A stretch of 64,000 bases of DNA from a bacterium (GCA_018830565.1 JAHJRX010000043.1:9755-73754); one strand, 5' to 3'. Positions 54,145 to 63,869 are shown, numbered from the stretch's first letter. Program-made: numbers and translations. Notes: a model not told the origin generated them from the sequence alone.

Positions 54145-56112
54145 CTACAGTACCCCCTTGATACCTGCGACAATCTGTTCACGATTCAAATCCTCAAGCT
54201 CTAAATATTTTGCACCCATTGCCTCTGCTATCTCCAATGCCTTACTAAGACTAAGAAAGCCTTTTTCCGTATTAATCACTAAGGATCTTATCCCTGCCTC
54301 TTTTATCCTCAAGGCAATATCCTTTGCCTCTTCTATGGGCGATTTTGTCTTGTCTGTTCCTGCATTTGCCCTGCCATCTGTCAAAACTACCAGCAGGGGA
54401 TAACAATTTGTATCCCTTTTCTTCTCCTGCATTAACACCTCATACCCTCGTAACAATCCTTGTGGAAGCGGTGTTTTTCCGCCGGTTGGCAATTCCTTGA
54501 GCTTATCCTTTGCCATCTCTACACTCGATGTAGGTGGAAGTAGAAGTTCAGCCTGATTACCCTTAAAAGCTACCAGCCCTACCTTATCCCTTTTTTGATA
54601 GGCATCGATCAACAATGAAAGTATGGCACCCTTAGTTTCAACCATCCTTTGATTTGCACCCATAGAACCTGATGCATCAACCACAAACAGGATGGTATTA
54701 CCTATCTTTTTCTTTCTCACCTTTTGGCGAATATCCTCTTGCCTTATATTCAGGGCAACCCCATTTTTATCCCGATGTGCCTGATATGGTGATGCAGCCC
54801 TAAGGGTAGCATCAAAAGCCAGATCAGTGCATTTACCATCAGGCAGGGTGCTTCTTACATACCTGCCTGATTTAGAATCCGTGCAGGTGGTGCTTCGTCT
54901 GCCGGATGATGACCGAACATTACGATCCTGAGGCAGGATTATCCTCTGAACATTGTATGGTTCGCCTACCTCAAAATGTGTCTCTGTAGAGGCATCAGAG
55001 GATTGTCTTTCTGTCTGTTCATCCGATGGCGATTGGTCTTTTTTTTCCTGTTCCTGTTGTTGCTGCTGTTCTGTCTGTTGTTGTTGCTGCTTATGCTTAT
55101 TCATGGTTTCCTGTAGTTTTTCTGTATCCATCTTCTGTTCCTGAAACGGCTTTCTTCGCATACGGTGTGGCAGTACCAATTCTGCTGCCTCCTTCACATC
55201 ATCCTCAGTCACCTGTGTTCTGGAATGATACGCAGTCAATGTCTCTGCTGTTTTCATCATCACAATATCTGCCCGATGCCCGTCAACACCCATATCAACA
55301 GCAATTTGGGCAATCAAATTCAGCAGCTCATCAGCTATAGCCACCCTCTTCAACAACTCTTTTGCCTTTACTATTGTCTCTGAAAGTCGTTTTTCCTCTG
55401 CCTTCCATTCATGATAAAAGGAATGCGGATCCTGTTCATATCTTGCCCTGCGTTTGATAATCTCAACCCGCAGAGCAGTCTCCTTCACCCCCTCAATATC
55501 CACACACAACCCAAATCGGTCAACAATCTGGGGTCTTAGCTCACCCTCCTCAGGGTTCATGGTACCAACCAGCATAAAATGTGCCGGATGTGAAAACGAG
55601 ACACCTTCCCGTTCTACTATATTTACGCCCATAGCCGCAGAATCCAATAGAACATCCACCAGATGGTCATCCAACAGATTAACCTCATCAATATAGAGTA
55701 TTCCCCGATTAGCCGAAGCCAACACACCCGGTTCAAAGTGTTTTTCCCCTTTCTTGATTGCCTTCTCAATATCAAGGGTACCCACCACCCGGTCCTCGGT
55801 AGCCGATACCGGCAGATTAACCACCTTCATCTTCCGCTTGATAACCAATAAATCTTTATTCTGCCGGCAGCTTTCACACATCAGATGCACATCCCCTGGA
55901 CTGCAGCCAAAAGGGCAGTCTTCTACCACCTCAATCTCTGGCAGCAGATTGGCTAATGCCCTCACAGCAGTGGACTTAGCCGTCCCCTTCTCACCGCGGA
56001 TAAGCACACCGCCAATCCGTGGATTAATGGCTACCAATATAAGTGCCAGCTTCATCTTATCCTGACCAACTAATCCGGTAAATGGATAGACAGTATCTGC
56101 AAAACAACTCAT
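54145..56112 (-). CDS. Mg-chelatase-type ChlI/ChlD fusion protein (AAA+ ATPase + poly-Q/acidic linker + vWA/MIDAS)
   Basis: N-terminal [15 protein letters not shown] Walker A and ChlI-like AAA module. [15 protein letters not shown] linker. C-terminal vWA domain with MIDAS (DASGSM). Confidence 0.9.
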   Translation of the reverse strand: MSCFADTVYPFTGLVGQDKMKLALILVAINPRIGGVLIRGEKGTAKSTAVRALANLLPEIEVVEDCPFGCSPGDVHLMCESCRQNKDLLVIKRKMKVVNLPVSATEDRVVGTLDIEKAIKKGEKHFEPGVLASANRGILYIDEVNLLDDHLVDVLLDSAAMGVNIVEREGVSFSHPAHFMLVGTMNPEEGELRPQIVDRFGLCVDIEGVKETALRVEIIKRRARYEQDPHSFYHEWKAEEKRLSETIVKAKELLKRVAIADELLNLIAQIAVDMGVDGHRADIVMMKTAETLTAYHSRTQVTEDDVKEAAELVLPHRMRRKPFQEQKMDTEKLQETMNKHKQQQQQTEQQQQQEQEKKDQSPSDEQTERQSSDASTETHFEVGEPYNVQRIILPQDRNVRSSSGRRSTTCTDSKSGRYVRSTLPDGKCTDLAFDATLRAASPYQAHRDKNGVALNIRQEDIRQKVRKKKIGNTILFVVDASGSMGANQRMVETKGAILSLLIDAYQKRDKVGLVAFKGNQAELLLPPTSSVEMAKDKLKELPTGGKTPLPQGLLRGYEVLMQEKKRDTNCYPLLVVLTDGRANAGTDKTKSPIEEAKDIALRIKEAGIRSLVINTEKGFLSLSKALEIAEAMGAKYLELEDLNREQIVAGIKGVL

Positions 56113-56118
56113 GTTATT

Positions 56119-59100
56119 TTATCCTCCCCATTTTGCCTTAATCTCCTGCATCTTAGCCCCCCAGTCAGCCACATCCTCGGCAGTCAGAATATCTATTGAG
56201 CCGCCCTGAAAGTCACCGGTTACATCGCCCATTTTTTCTTCAATCCAGCCCTCAATCTCAAGATATGCGTCCTTGAGTCCGGCTAAGACATCCGGATCAG
56301 CATCCCACAGACCACGCTGGTGGGCTTCCAACAGCCGGCGGCCGATTTCTTCTAATGCCCAGGGGTTATTTTCCTCAAAGAATTTTTTGTTCTCCTCATT
56401 CAGGACAAAGGTGCTGGTAATGTCATCGAATATCCAGTCATCTACCTCTTGAGTAGTTGCCTCCCAGCCATAAACCCTGCCAATGCGTTTGGATATATCA
56501 CCAGCCCCTTTGTAGCCATGTTGTTTCATCCCCTCAATCCATTTTGGATTGAGTAGTTTTGTTCGGACAACTCGTCTGACTTCATCTGCCATATCCCGAA
56601 CCTCAATATGCTCTGGCTCACGGGTATCACCATAGTATGTCCTGACCTCTTTACCGGATAGATGTCTTGCCGCAGCAGTCATCCCTCCATGTGTACCAAA
56701 GTAACCGCAGCAGCCAAACAAATCGTACTCATCGCTGACTACCTTATTGTAAGTTATATCTACACTCTTCAGATTATCAGCCAATTGTTTGTGTTTCTCC
56801 TCCCCAAATATCCCTTTACCGTAGGCATAGCCATTCCAATAAACAAAGACATCGGACAAGTCCTTTTCCTCCTTCCATGCTGAGGCATAGACGGCAAGTT
56901 GCGTTCCTGCCTGATATGTCCCGGGCTTTGAGGCAAAGACGCGAAGGGTGGCATTTCGCCAGGCATCTTTGTTTTCTTCGCTCTCTCCTGCCTCTGCTAT
57001 TTGAGCCAATGAATGCTTCCGCACAAAGTTCATCCGGGCCGGCTCCGGCAGGGAGGCCACGGCCTGAATAGCCTCATCAACAAGCTCCATACAGTTAGGG
57101 AAGTTGTCCCTGGTAATGCCTGAAACACGGATAGTAACATCTATTCGTGGTCTGCCCAATTCCTCAAGTGGAATAATATCAAATCCCTTTACCCTACCGT
57201 TTGGCTGCCAGAGAGGCTTTACCCCCAGGAGGTAAAATATTTGTGCCATGCCCTCGCCATCAGCCCACATAATATCCGAGCACTGCCAATAGATAGCAAC
57301 ATTCTCAGGGATTTTACCTTCTTCCTGCTTATGTTTTTTAATCACTGCATCAGCCAATTTCTGCCCTATCTGCCAGGCTGCCTTTGTTGGAATCCGATGA
57401 GGGTCAAGCGAATAAAAATTCCTGCCTGTTGGCAGAATATCATCCCTTCCGCGGGTAATCAACCCTGATGGACCAGGCAGGATATAGCCGCCGTCAAACC
57501 CATGCAGCAACGACTCAATCTCCTGAGATTCATCAATCCGCTTGTTCAAATCAACCAACCTTTCCTTGATTACCACAAGCGAGTCTATATATTCCACCTT
57601 CTTCAGCCTCTCACCAAGTATATCCTTAGCGAGCCTGTCCATGTCTTTTTCATCGATTGTCATCCTGCGGATAAATTCCCTGCAAAGGGTATTAATTTCC
57701 TCTAATAACTCCCCGTAAGCTTGATGGTGATGCGGACAAACCTTGCCGCTGTCTGCCAGCATATCAGACAGATTCATACCCATCATCCCGGCAACTATCT
57801 TTCGCAGCGAAACCTTTTCACCGGTGTCGTATCGCAAAATGGAGTTGATGAAGTCTAACCGCTTCTCACCTTCCGGCAACTGACCAAAGATATGCATCCC
57901 ATCCTGAATCTGGGTATTTCTGATTTTAGACAGGATACCATGGGTTGCCTGAACTATTTCACCAAAAGGTAATGAATGAACCTCTGAATCACCTAATTCG
58001 GCAAGCGATAATTTTTTAAATTCGCAATTCGCAATTCGCAATTCGCAATTAACTTTTATCTCTTTGTCCAGATTGGTCTTCTGGATGGCATCCATAATCA
58101 GATGCTGCAAGGCATGAGCCCGTCCATGGTCAATGTCCTTCAACTGTTCATACTCCCCCAAGAACCTGCCGAGCTCCTCCAACTCCTCATAAAGCCCGCC
58201 TTGGGTCATCACCGTTTGCATGTGGTCAACCAGGGTGGCATAGCTGCGACGCTTAGCAATGGTGCCCTCCGGGGGGTTATCCGCATTGTAGATGTAAAGG
58301 TGCGGGATGTCGCCAATCCCAATGTCCGGATAGCAATCACCAGACAGGGCAGTGCCTTTGCCGGGCAAGAATTCCAGGTTGCCGTGTGTGCCGACATGGA
58401 CAATCGCATCTACACCAAAATCGTATTCCAGATAACGATAAGTCGCCATATATTGATGTGGTGGAGGAATATCCGGATCATGTAGGATTTTGCAGACCTG
58501 TCCATCGCATCTTGCCCCGGCACAGCCACGCTTTGGCTGAACACAGACAACCGTATTCCCATACGCTACACCTGTAACTAATATTCGTCCATCGTAAACC
58601 ATAGCCGGCGGCACACCATTTACCTCCTCACCCGGTGGATTTCCCCATGCATCACACATCCGCTGCCTGACCATTGGTGAAAGGGTATTAAACCATTCCT
58701 CGTATTCCTCTTTGGTTACCTGCTTCAGCACACCACCCTTTTTGACTATCTCATCCGTAGTTGTCCAGCGAAACTCACTGATTGCCTTGCGGTCCATAAT
58801 CGTGGTGATAAGCTCCTTGCCGTCAGTTGGCGGCTCGACGGCATATCCCGCCTCTTTCATGCGATGCATTATTCGGGCAACACTTTCCAGGGTATCCAGA
58901 TGAGCACCCCCTCCTACCGTGGCTTCTACTGAGGCACAAGGGTTGTTGTTCAGGATAAAAGCCACCTTACGCTCGGCGACTGGCTTTTGTCGAAGCTTTA
59001 CCCAGTTAGCAATCCGGCGGACAACCTTACGGCACCGCTCCTCGATCGGCATCCGCTGTTGCAAGCCGCCCTTTTCATCACTTAAGCCACCAATGATAAA

Positions 59101-60081
59101 AGGCTCAATTACCCCCTCAAACTCAGGCATAGCAATACTCCAACCAACGCTGGTGCCTAATCCATGGGAGTCATTCTGCCACTCATCTATGGTTTTGTAA
59201 TAAGAGGTTATGGGTGAGAACACCGGCACATCAAGCCTTTTTAGTATCTCCACCCCACTGGAAGCAACCTCCTTGTCGTCAAAATCTTTCCCCTGTGTAT
59301 TACCTATGAAGAAATTCTGGAGCTTGATAAGGGCATCAATTCGTGGTGTTCCATCCTCACGCAGGAAATATTCACAAACCACCTCACCGCTCCCCTTGCA
59401 GCCTTGTTCTTCATTCTTGACTGAGTACGAAAATGCCGGGATGACATTCAAACCCAATGCCTCTAATTCACGAATAAGGGCATCTTCAACCTCAAGATTG
59501 TTATTTACCCAGTAGTGGCGGGAAAAAAGGATACCGACAGTAGGAATTTTGGATTGCGAATTGCGAATTGCGGATTTATGAAGATGATACCAATTCAGGT
59601 ATTCCTCAATAGTGCCAAAGATTGATGGGGCATCCGGGTGATACAGCCCTTCCCATGGCACATGTTTTGGCTCTGCCGCCGATAGATCAAGCCCAACAAC
59701 CTCATGGGCAATATATTTCAGCATATTGGTGAAATTTTCCTCACCACCAATTATTATATAGGAATAAGTTTTGGCAGCAACCTCCGGTTTAACGGTAGAA
59801 AGCATCCAGTAGGACGGGTCATATCCAATACAGACAATAGGAATCTTTTTGCCTATCTCCTGTAGCTTTGCCTCAATCGTCTCCCAAAAACCCTCGCTTG
59901 AGCGATAGAGAAGAATGGCATCAGCCTTCGCTGCCTCCTCAAGCACTGCCTCAAGAATATCCGGCTCATCAGCAAGTTTTTTGGCAGAATAAGCCTTAAG
60001 CTCAACTGATTCGGCAACATTTTTGCTTGCCTTGACAAGCATATTTAGATGGCTGTGCCACATAATAGCGACTATTCGCAT
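56119..60081 (-). CDS. cobN: cobaltochelatase CobN-family large subunit, paralog 2 (canonical, no signal peptide)
   Basis: 1320 aa with CobN blocks throughout. Partnered with the ChlI/ChlD gene immediately downstream. Contains two in-frame AATTGCG heptamer insertions (58021-58049 encoding NCELRIANCEF; 59557-59580 encoding SAIRNSQS). Confidence 0.9.
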   Translation of the reverse strand: MRIVAIMWHSHLNMLVKASKNVAESVELKAYSAKKLADEPDILEAVLEEAAKADAILLYRSSEGFWETIEAKLQEIGKKIPIVCIGYDPSYWMLSTVKPEVAAKTYSYIIIGGEENFTNMLKYIAHEVVGLDLSAAEPKHVPWEGLYHPDAPSIFGTIEEYLNWYHLHKSAIRNSQSKIPTVGILFSRHYWVNNNLEVEDALIRELEALGLNVIPAFSYSVKNEEQGCKGSGEVVCEYFLREDGTPRIDALIKLQNFFIGNTQGKDFDDKEVASSGVEILKRLDVPVFSPITSYYKTIDEWQNDSHGLGTSVGWSIAMPEFEGVIEPFIIGGLSDEKGGLQQRMPIEERCRKVVRRIANWVKLRQKPVAERKVAFILNNNPCASVEATVGGGAHLDTLESVARIMHRMKEAGYAVEPPTDGKELITTIMDRKAISEFRWTTTDEIVKKGGVLKQVTKEEYEEWFNTLSPMVRQRMCDAWGNPPGEEVNGVPPAMVYDGRILVTGVAYGNTVVCVQPKRGCAGARCDGQVCKILHDPDIPPPHQYMATYRYLEYDFGVDAIVHVGTHGNLEFLPGKGTALSGDCYPDIGIGDIPHLYIYNADNPPEGTIAKRRSYATLVDHMQTVMTQGGLYEELEELGRFLGEYEQLKDIDHGRAHALQHLIMDAIQKTNLDKEIKVNCELRIANCEFKKLSLAELGDSEVHSLPFGEIVQATHGILSKIRNTQIQDGMHIFGQLPEGEKRLDFINSILRYDTGEKVSLRKIVAGMMGMNLSDMLADSGKVCPHHHQAYGELLEEINTLCREFIRRMTIDEKDMDRLAKDILGERLKKVEYIDSLVVIKERLVDLNKRIDESQEIESLLHGFDGGYILPGPSGLITRGRDDILPTGRNFYSLDPHRIPTKAAWQIGQKLADAVIKKHKQEEGKIPENVAIYWQCSDIMWADGEGMAQIFYLLGVKPLWQPNGRVKGFDIIPLEELGRPRIDVTIRVSGITRDNFPNCMELVDEAIQAVASLPEPARMNFVRKHSLAQIAEAGESEENKDAWRNATLRVFASKPGTYQAGTQLAVYASAWKEEKDLSDVFVYWNGYAYGKGIFGEEKHKQLADNLKSVDITYNKVVSDEYDLFGCCGYFGTHGGMTAAARHLSGKEVRTYYGDTREPEHIEVRDMADEVRRVVRTKLLNPKWIEGMKQHGYKGAGDISKRIGRVYGWEATTQEVDDWIFDDITSTFVLNEENKKFFEENNPWALEEIGRRLLEAHQRGLWDADPDVLAGLKDAYLEIEGWIEEKMGDVTGDFQGGSIDILTAEDVADWGAKMQEIKAKWGG

Positions 60082-60187
60082 AAAAATACCTCCCTCTATA
60101 ATAATGCCGCCTTGTTGGGGTTACAGGGATACTATCCCCCTTGTCTTCCTGCATTCACAGGGGCAGGCTCTGTCCGTGAAGGCAAGC

Positions 60188-60220
60188 AGACTTCCGAAGT
60201 TTTCAAAACTTCGGAAGTCT
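60188..60220 (-). terminator. perfect 16-bp palindrome downstream of the TonB-dependent receptor gene
   Basis: agacttccgaagtttt/caaaacttcggaagtct. Confidence 0.45.
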
Positions 60221-60248
60221 AAGCGTTTTCCCTCACAAGGGGATACAA

Positions 60249-62489
60249 TTAATATTTACATTTTACCTCAAAAGTAACCGTCCTCCTGGGTGCCTTGTAG
60301 TACTGGTAATACTCTTTGTCAAGGAGATTATCCACAGCCAGCGACAGTCCTATATTTCCCCTCAAGGCATATCCAATTCGGACATCCACTGTGTCCACCG
60401 TATCATACGCCCCATACACACCCTTTACCACATCGATATTATCAGAAGCAGCGTACATCTCCTTTACCCAGTGCCATGTGCAAGAGGCATCTAAGGCATT
60501 TCTATGAAAAGAAACCCCGAGATTATACATCTTTTCAGGCACATACTCAAAATCCTTTCCAACTGTTTTGGGTTCTGCTGGATTTGAGGTAATCTCTGTA
60601 TCCTGCAATGTATAATTAGCAAAGGCATCTAACCCGGCAGCCAGTTTCATCTTACCCTCCATTTCAAACCCGGCTATCTGTCCACGACCTGCATTCTCCC
60701 GGATAGAATATGTCTCGGTAACCCATTTGTTATAAATAAGGTCATCTATCTTACTCTGAAAATATGTTGCGGAAATAGCTATTTTACTTAAGTGCTGGTC
60801 AATACCTATCTCCCAGCTTTGTGTGGTTTCGCAAGAAAGCTCAGGATTACCCACATAAGTTTTACTGCCGGATTTCCATGTTCTATACAATTCATAGATT
60901 GTTGGTGGTCTAAATGCCTTGCCCCATGAGGCACGAATACCATCCAACTTGTATAATCCTTTCTCAAATTCCGGCTTGTAGAGGAGACCTACCTTAGGAG
61001 AAAATGCCTGCTTTTCTTTATCTTCATATATCGTTGATTTGGTGCCATCAATCAACGAGGCATCGTAGTTTTTCCATGTATCGTATCGTGCGCCCAGGAA
61101 TAGTTTCAGGGCATTAATCAGTTGAACCTCACCCTGAGTATAGAAGGCAATGGTTCTTGCCTTTCCTCCTACCTCATAGGTCGGATTACCTGTGCCTATG
61201 GACGACTCATCCTTCCAGTTACTAACCTTCCAATCCTTAGCTCTGGCAGAATCATCCCTGTAGGTCAGACCACAGGTGATGAGATTGGTCTCCATTAACG
61301 GAATGTCGAGCTGCACCTCACCAAAAAGGGTATCCCTTGGAGAGGTCTTGGACAATTTTCCTGAACCCCCAGAATAATTTGCTCCGGTTTCCGGGCTTAC
61401 ATAGAAACTATTGGAATCACTAAAATTGAGCCGCCCTTTTAAGGCAATCTCTCCGAGCAAGGTATCATAACACAATCCATAGGTATTATCTTCCAATTCT
61501 CCCCATGTGCCTAAGAAATCCTTCGGAGAAAGCGTCATCGTTCCTTCACCCGGCAACTCAACCTTACCACTATCAACAGGTTTTCCGCTTCCATCCACAA
61601 GATTACTTTGTGGGTCACGATACCCATATTCCCGACTGTTTCCTTTATACGAAAAGGAAAGATTGGATGCCGGGTTCAGGGAATAAAAAAGCCTGAAACC
61701 ATATTGATCTTGGTCCCAGTAGTTTTTGCCCTTATCCCCAAGCAAATAGGTAGTGTTGCCCTTGTTATCCGTTGTCTTTGTCCAACCCGTAACCTGAGCA
61801 GCTGAAGTGCCTGGGGTTACAGATTTAGTCACCAAATCCGTTCTATCTCCCTTACTTATTTTCTTCTCAAGGTTAACGGAAAAGGATAGTTTGCCGATCT
61901 TATTTCCATAGCTTAGGATGTGGCGATAAGTATTGTAAGCAGAGGCAGAGCTTTTGACCTCAAAGCCCTCCTTTTTAGGTATTTTGGTGATAACATTTAT
62001 GACACCACCCATTGCCTCTCCGCCGTAAAGGCTTGAAGATGGACCCTTGACCACCTCTATCTTTTCTATATCTCCAATTGGTAAGTTGCTCAAATATGTT
62101 CCACCGTTATAGGCATCATTTAGCGGCATTCCATCAAGCAGCACCAAAGTCCTCTGTTCCCCGCTAAACCCACGAAGCGTAGCCCTGCTCCTTGTATCTG
62201 CAAATTTGGTTCGTTTCTGCACTACCCCTGGCTCATACTTGAGTGCCTCATCCACAAATGTAACCCTTTTCTTCTCCATCTCATCCCTTGTTATTACTGA
62301 GGCACTTACAGGCAGATCACTAATCTTCTGTTCAATCTTTGTTGCGGTAACCACAACCTCCTCTAATTCAATCACCCCTGTTGAGGCAGCACCTCTGGCA
62401 ACTGTCCCTTGTTGTCCTGCAAAACCAATCCCAGACAAGATAGTAACCAAACTCATCCCAAAGCCCATCCTTAACCAAAATCTTTTCAT
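60249..62489 (-). CDS. TonB-dependent outer-membrane receptor (BtuB/CirA-like)
   Basis: Signal peptide, TonB box (EEVVVTAT), plug domain and a 22-strand barrel pattern. Confidence 0.9.
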   Translation of the reverse strand: MKRFWLRMGFGMSLVTILSGIGFAGQQGTVARGAASTGVIELEEVVVTATKIEQKISDLPVSASVITRDEMEKKRVTFVDEALKYEPGVVQKRTKFADTRSRATLRGFSGEQRTLVLLDGMPLNDAYNGGTYLSNLPIGDIEKIEVVKGPSSSLYGGEAMGGVINVITKIPKKEGFEVKSSASAYNTYRHILSYGNKIGKLSFSVNLEKKISKGDRTDLVTKSVTPGTSAAQVTGWTKTTDNKGNTTYLLGDKGKNYWDQDQYGFRLFYSLNPASNLSFSYKGNSREYGYRDPQSNLVDGSGKPVDSGKVELPGEGTMTLSPKDFLGTWGELEDNTYGLCYDTLLGEIALKGRLNFSDSNSFYVSPETGANYSGGSGKLSKTSPRDTLFGEVQLDIPLMETNLITCGLTYRDDSARAKDWKVSNWKDESSIGTGNPTYEVGGKARTIAFYTQGEVQLINALKLFLGARYDTWKNYDASLIDGTKSTIYEDKEKQAFSPKVGLLYKPEFEKGLYKLDGIRASWGKAFRPPTIYELYRTWKSGSKTYVGNPELSCETTQSWEIGIDQHLSKIAISATYFQSKIDDLIYNKWVTETYSIRENAGRGQIAGFEMEGKMKLAAGLDAFANYTLQDTEITSNPAEPKTVGKDFEYVPEKMYNLGVSFHRNALDASCTWHWVKEMYAASDNIDVVKGVYGAYDTVDTVDVRIGYALRGNIGLSLAVDNLLDKEYYQYYKAPRRTVTFEVKCKY

Positions 62490-62524
62490 TCTTACACGTC
62501 CTCCTTTGTGTTACGATTTTAGAA

Positions 62525-62553
62525 ATTATAGCACAAGATGTGAATTGTGTCAA
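62525..62553 (-). promoter_or_regulatory. canonical sigma70 promoter (TTGACA-17 bp-TATAAT) for the TonB-dependent receptor gene
   Basis: Minus-strand ttgacacaattcacatcttgtgctataat, then ~30 nt, AAGGAGG and ATG. Confidence 0.7.
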
Positions 62554-62565
62554 GTAAAATTTCGA

Positions 62566-62595
62566 GTAAGGGCAACCGCAGGGGGTTGTCCTTAC
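62566..62595 (-). terminator. hairpin downstream of cbiMN
   Basis: gtaagggcaacc-gcaggg-ggttgtccttac, one mismatch. A U-rich tract on the minus strand is weak. Confidence 0.4.
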
Positions 62596-62612
62596 AATTC
62601 ACGGAGGGATTG

Positions 62613-63755
62613 TTACAGATGCTCCTTTCCGGCTTTATTTGGTTTTTCAGCAATAAGTATCCTCCAGCAGTATCCACCAATAAATCCTCCAACCGTACCT
62701 GCAAGGAGAAAGACAAAAAGGAGCAGGTCGCCTTGATCGGTATTAATAATTGGCTGCCTTGCCTCTCTGCCATGCTCTGCGGCGTATTTTTCAACAACCG
62801 ATTCATCAACCCCGCTCCATTTAGATTCTTTTGCAAATGCAGGGGTAGAAAATAACAAGGACAGAAGGGTTAAGAGGATTAACAAGGGTGTGGTTATGTT
62901 CTGACTTCTGTATTCTGTCTTCTGTCTTCCATCTTCTGTCTTCTGACTTCTGTCTCCTATATTCTGACTCCTATATTCTGACTTCTGAATTCTGACTTCC
63001 ATTTTCACTACCCCCAATTTCATAAGCATATCCGGCCTCTTTTTGTAAAGCAGCACAATCATGCCTGCTGTCATAGCCCCCTCAAGGATTCCCAATGGAA
63101 GCTGTGTTGGGATGAAGGCAATGAGTATCTTCCAGAAAAGCGGTAAGAATGGTGAATCCCCCCTTATGCCTGAGGCAAGTTCAATGGATGTAGTGGTATA
63201 TGTTGCCCAATCTGCAAGCAGTCCTGCCGCAAAGCCTGCAATCCAGAGGTTAGCCTTTAACGCCCTCAATCCCTTGAAGGTTAAATATCCTGCAAATGAG
63301 CCCATCACACCCATGGAGACAATATCCGCACCCCAGGTACTCAAACCACCGTGAGCAAGGAAGAGGGCTTGAATAAGAAGAGCCGCGGCTGAGACAAGTA
63401 TGCTGACATAAGGGCCAAGTAATATCCCTGATATGCCTGTCCCGCACGGATGGGAACATGTGCCTGCAGTCGGTACTGGTATGGGCATACAAGAGATAAT
63501 GAAAACCACTGCGGCCATTAATCCTATGAGTGGCTTGAACGATAGGTCAACACTTGAGAGTTTCTTCACCTTGTACAACCCAAATGCCACAAATGGCATG
63601 GCAATAGCAAGCCAGAAAACTGCCCAATTGAGCGGCAGTATCCCCTCTGAGATGTGCATGGCATGGGCATTGTTCCTAATCAATAAAAACCCAATGGTTA
63701 AGAGCAATCCTGCAAACAATCTGTCTCTCATCTTAATGTTTCGTTTATTTTGCAT
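62613..63755 (-). CDS. cbiMN: CbiM-CbiN fusion (ECF-type Co/Ni uptake substrate component); MHISEG follows a predicted signal peptide
   Basis: CbiM core (AHA|MHISEGILP..., ~220 aa, seven TM helices). A 35-aa low-complexity linker (EYRSQNIGDRSQKTEDGRQKTEYRSQNI) is encoded entirely by CTGACTT/CTGTCTT heptamer repeats. A C-terminal CbiN-like two-TM module follows. Confidence 0.8.
   Translation of the reverse strand: MQNKRNIKMRDRLFAGLLLTIGFLLIRNNAHAMHISEGILPLNWAVFWLAIAMPFVAFGLYKVKKLSSVDLSFKPLIGLMAAVVFIISCMPIPVPTAGTCSHPCGTGISGILLGPYVSILVSAAALLIQALFLAHGGLSTWGADIVSMGVMGSFAGYLTFKGLRALKANLWIAGFAAGLLADWATYTTTSIELASGIRGDSPFLPLFWKILIAFIPTQLPLGILEGAMTAGMIVLLYKKRPDMLMKLGVVKMEVRIQKSEYRSQNIGDRSQKTEDGRQKTEYRSQNITTPLLILLTLLSLLFSTPAFAKESKWSGVDESVVEKYAAEHGREARQPIINTDQGDLLLFVFLLAGTVGGFIGGYCWRILIAEKPNKAGKEHL
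62899..63000. repeat. heptamer tandem array inside the cbiMN ORF (encodes the inter-domain linker)
   Basis: ttctgacttctgtattctgtcttctgtcttccatcttctgtcttctgacttctgtctcctatattctgactcc... Confidence 0.75.
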
Positions 63756-63789
63756 TTTTACCTCCTTTTATTTTGTAAGTGTTCGTAAC

Positions 63790-63831
63790 TACTCAGGTAT
63801 TCAAGATTCTGTATTTTTGCTACCTGAGTAA
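63790..63831. promoter_or_regulatory. 10-bp perfect inverted repeat TACTCAGGTA-N22-TACCTGAGTA in the cbiMN promoter region (candidate operator)
   Basis: Lies between a TG-TATAAT-like -10 element and the RBS of cbiMN. The half-site recurs at 49078-49099. Confidence 0.4.
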
Positions 63832-63869
63832 TTATACATATTCAGCTATCAACTAGATTTATCTTCTTT

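Noticed and set aside
54953-55144. Plus-strand ORF rich in Cys ([22 protein letters not shown])
   Set aside because: It is the antisense reading of the poly-Gln linker (CAG/CAA repeats) in the ChlI/ChlD gene, not a metallothionein-like gene.
62880-63000. Possible CRISPR array suggested by short regular repeats
   Set aside because: The units are 7 nt with no unique spacers, occur in frame within a CDS, and no cas genes are nearby. They are tandem heptamers, not CRISPR.
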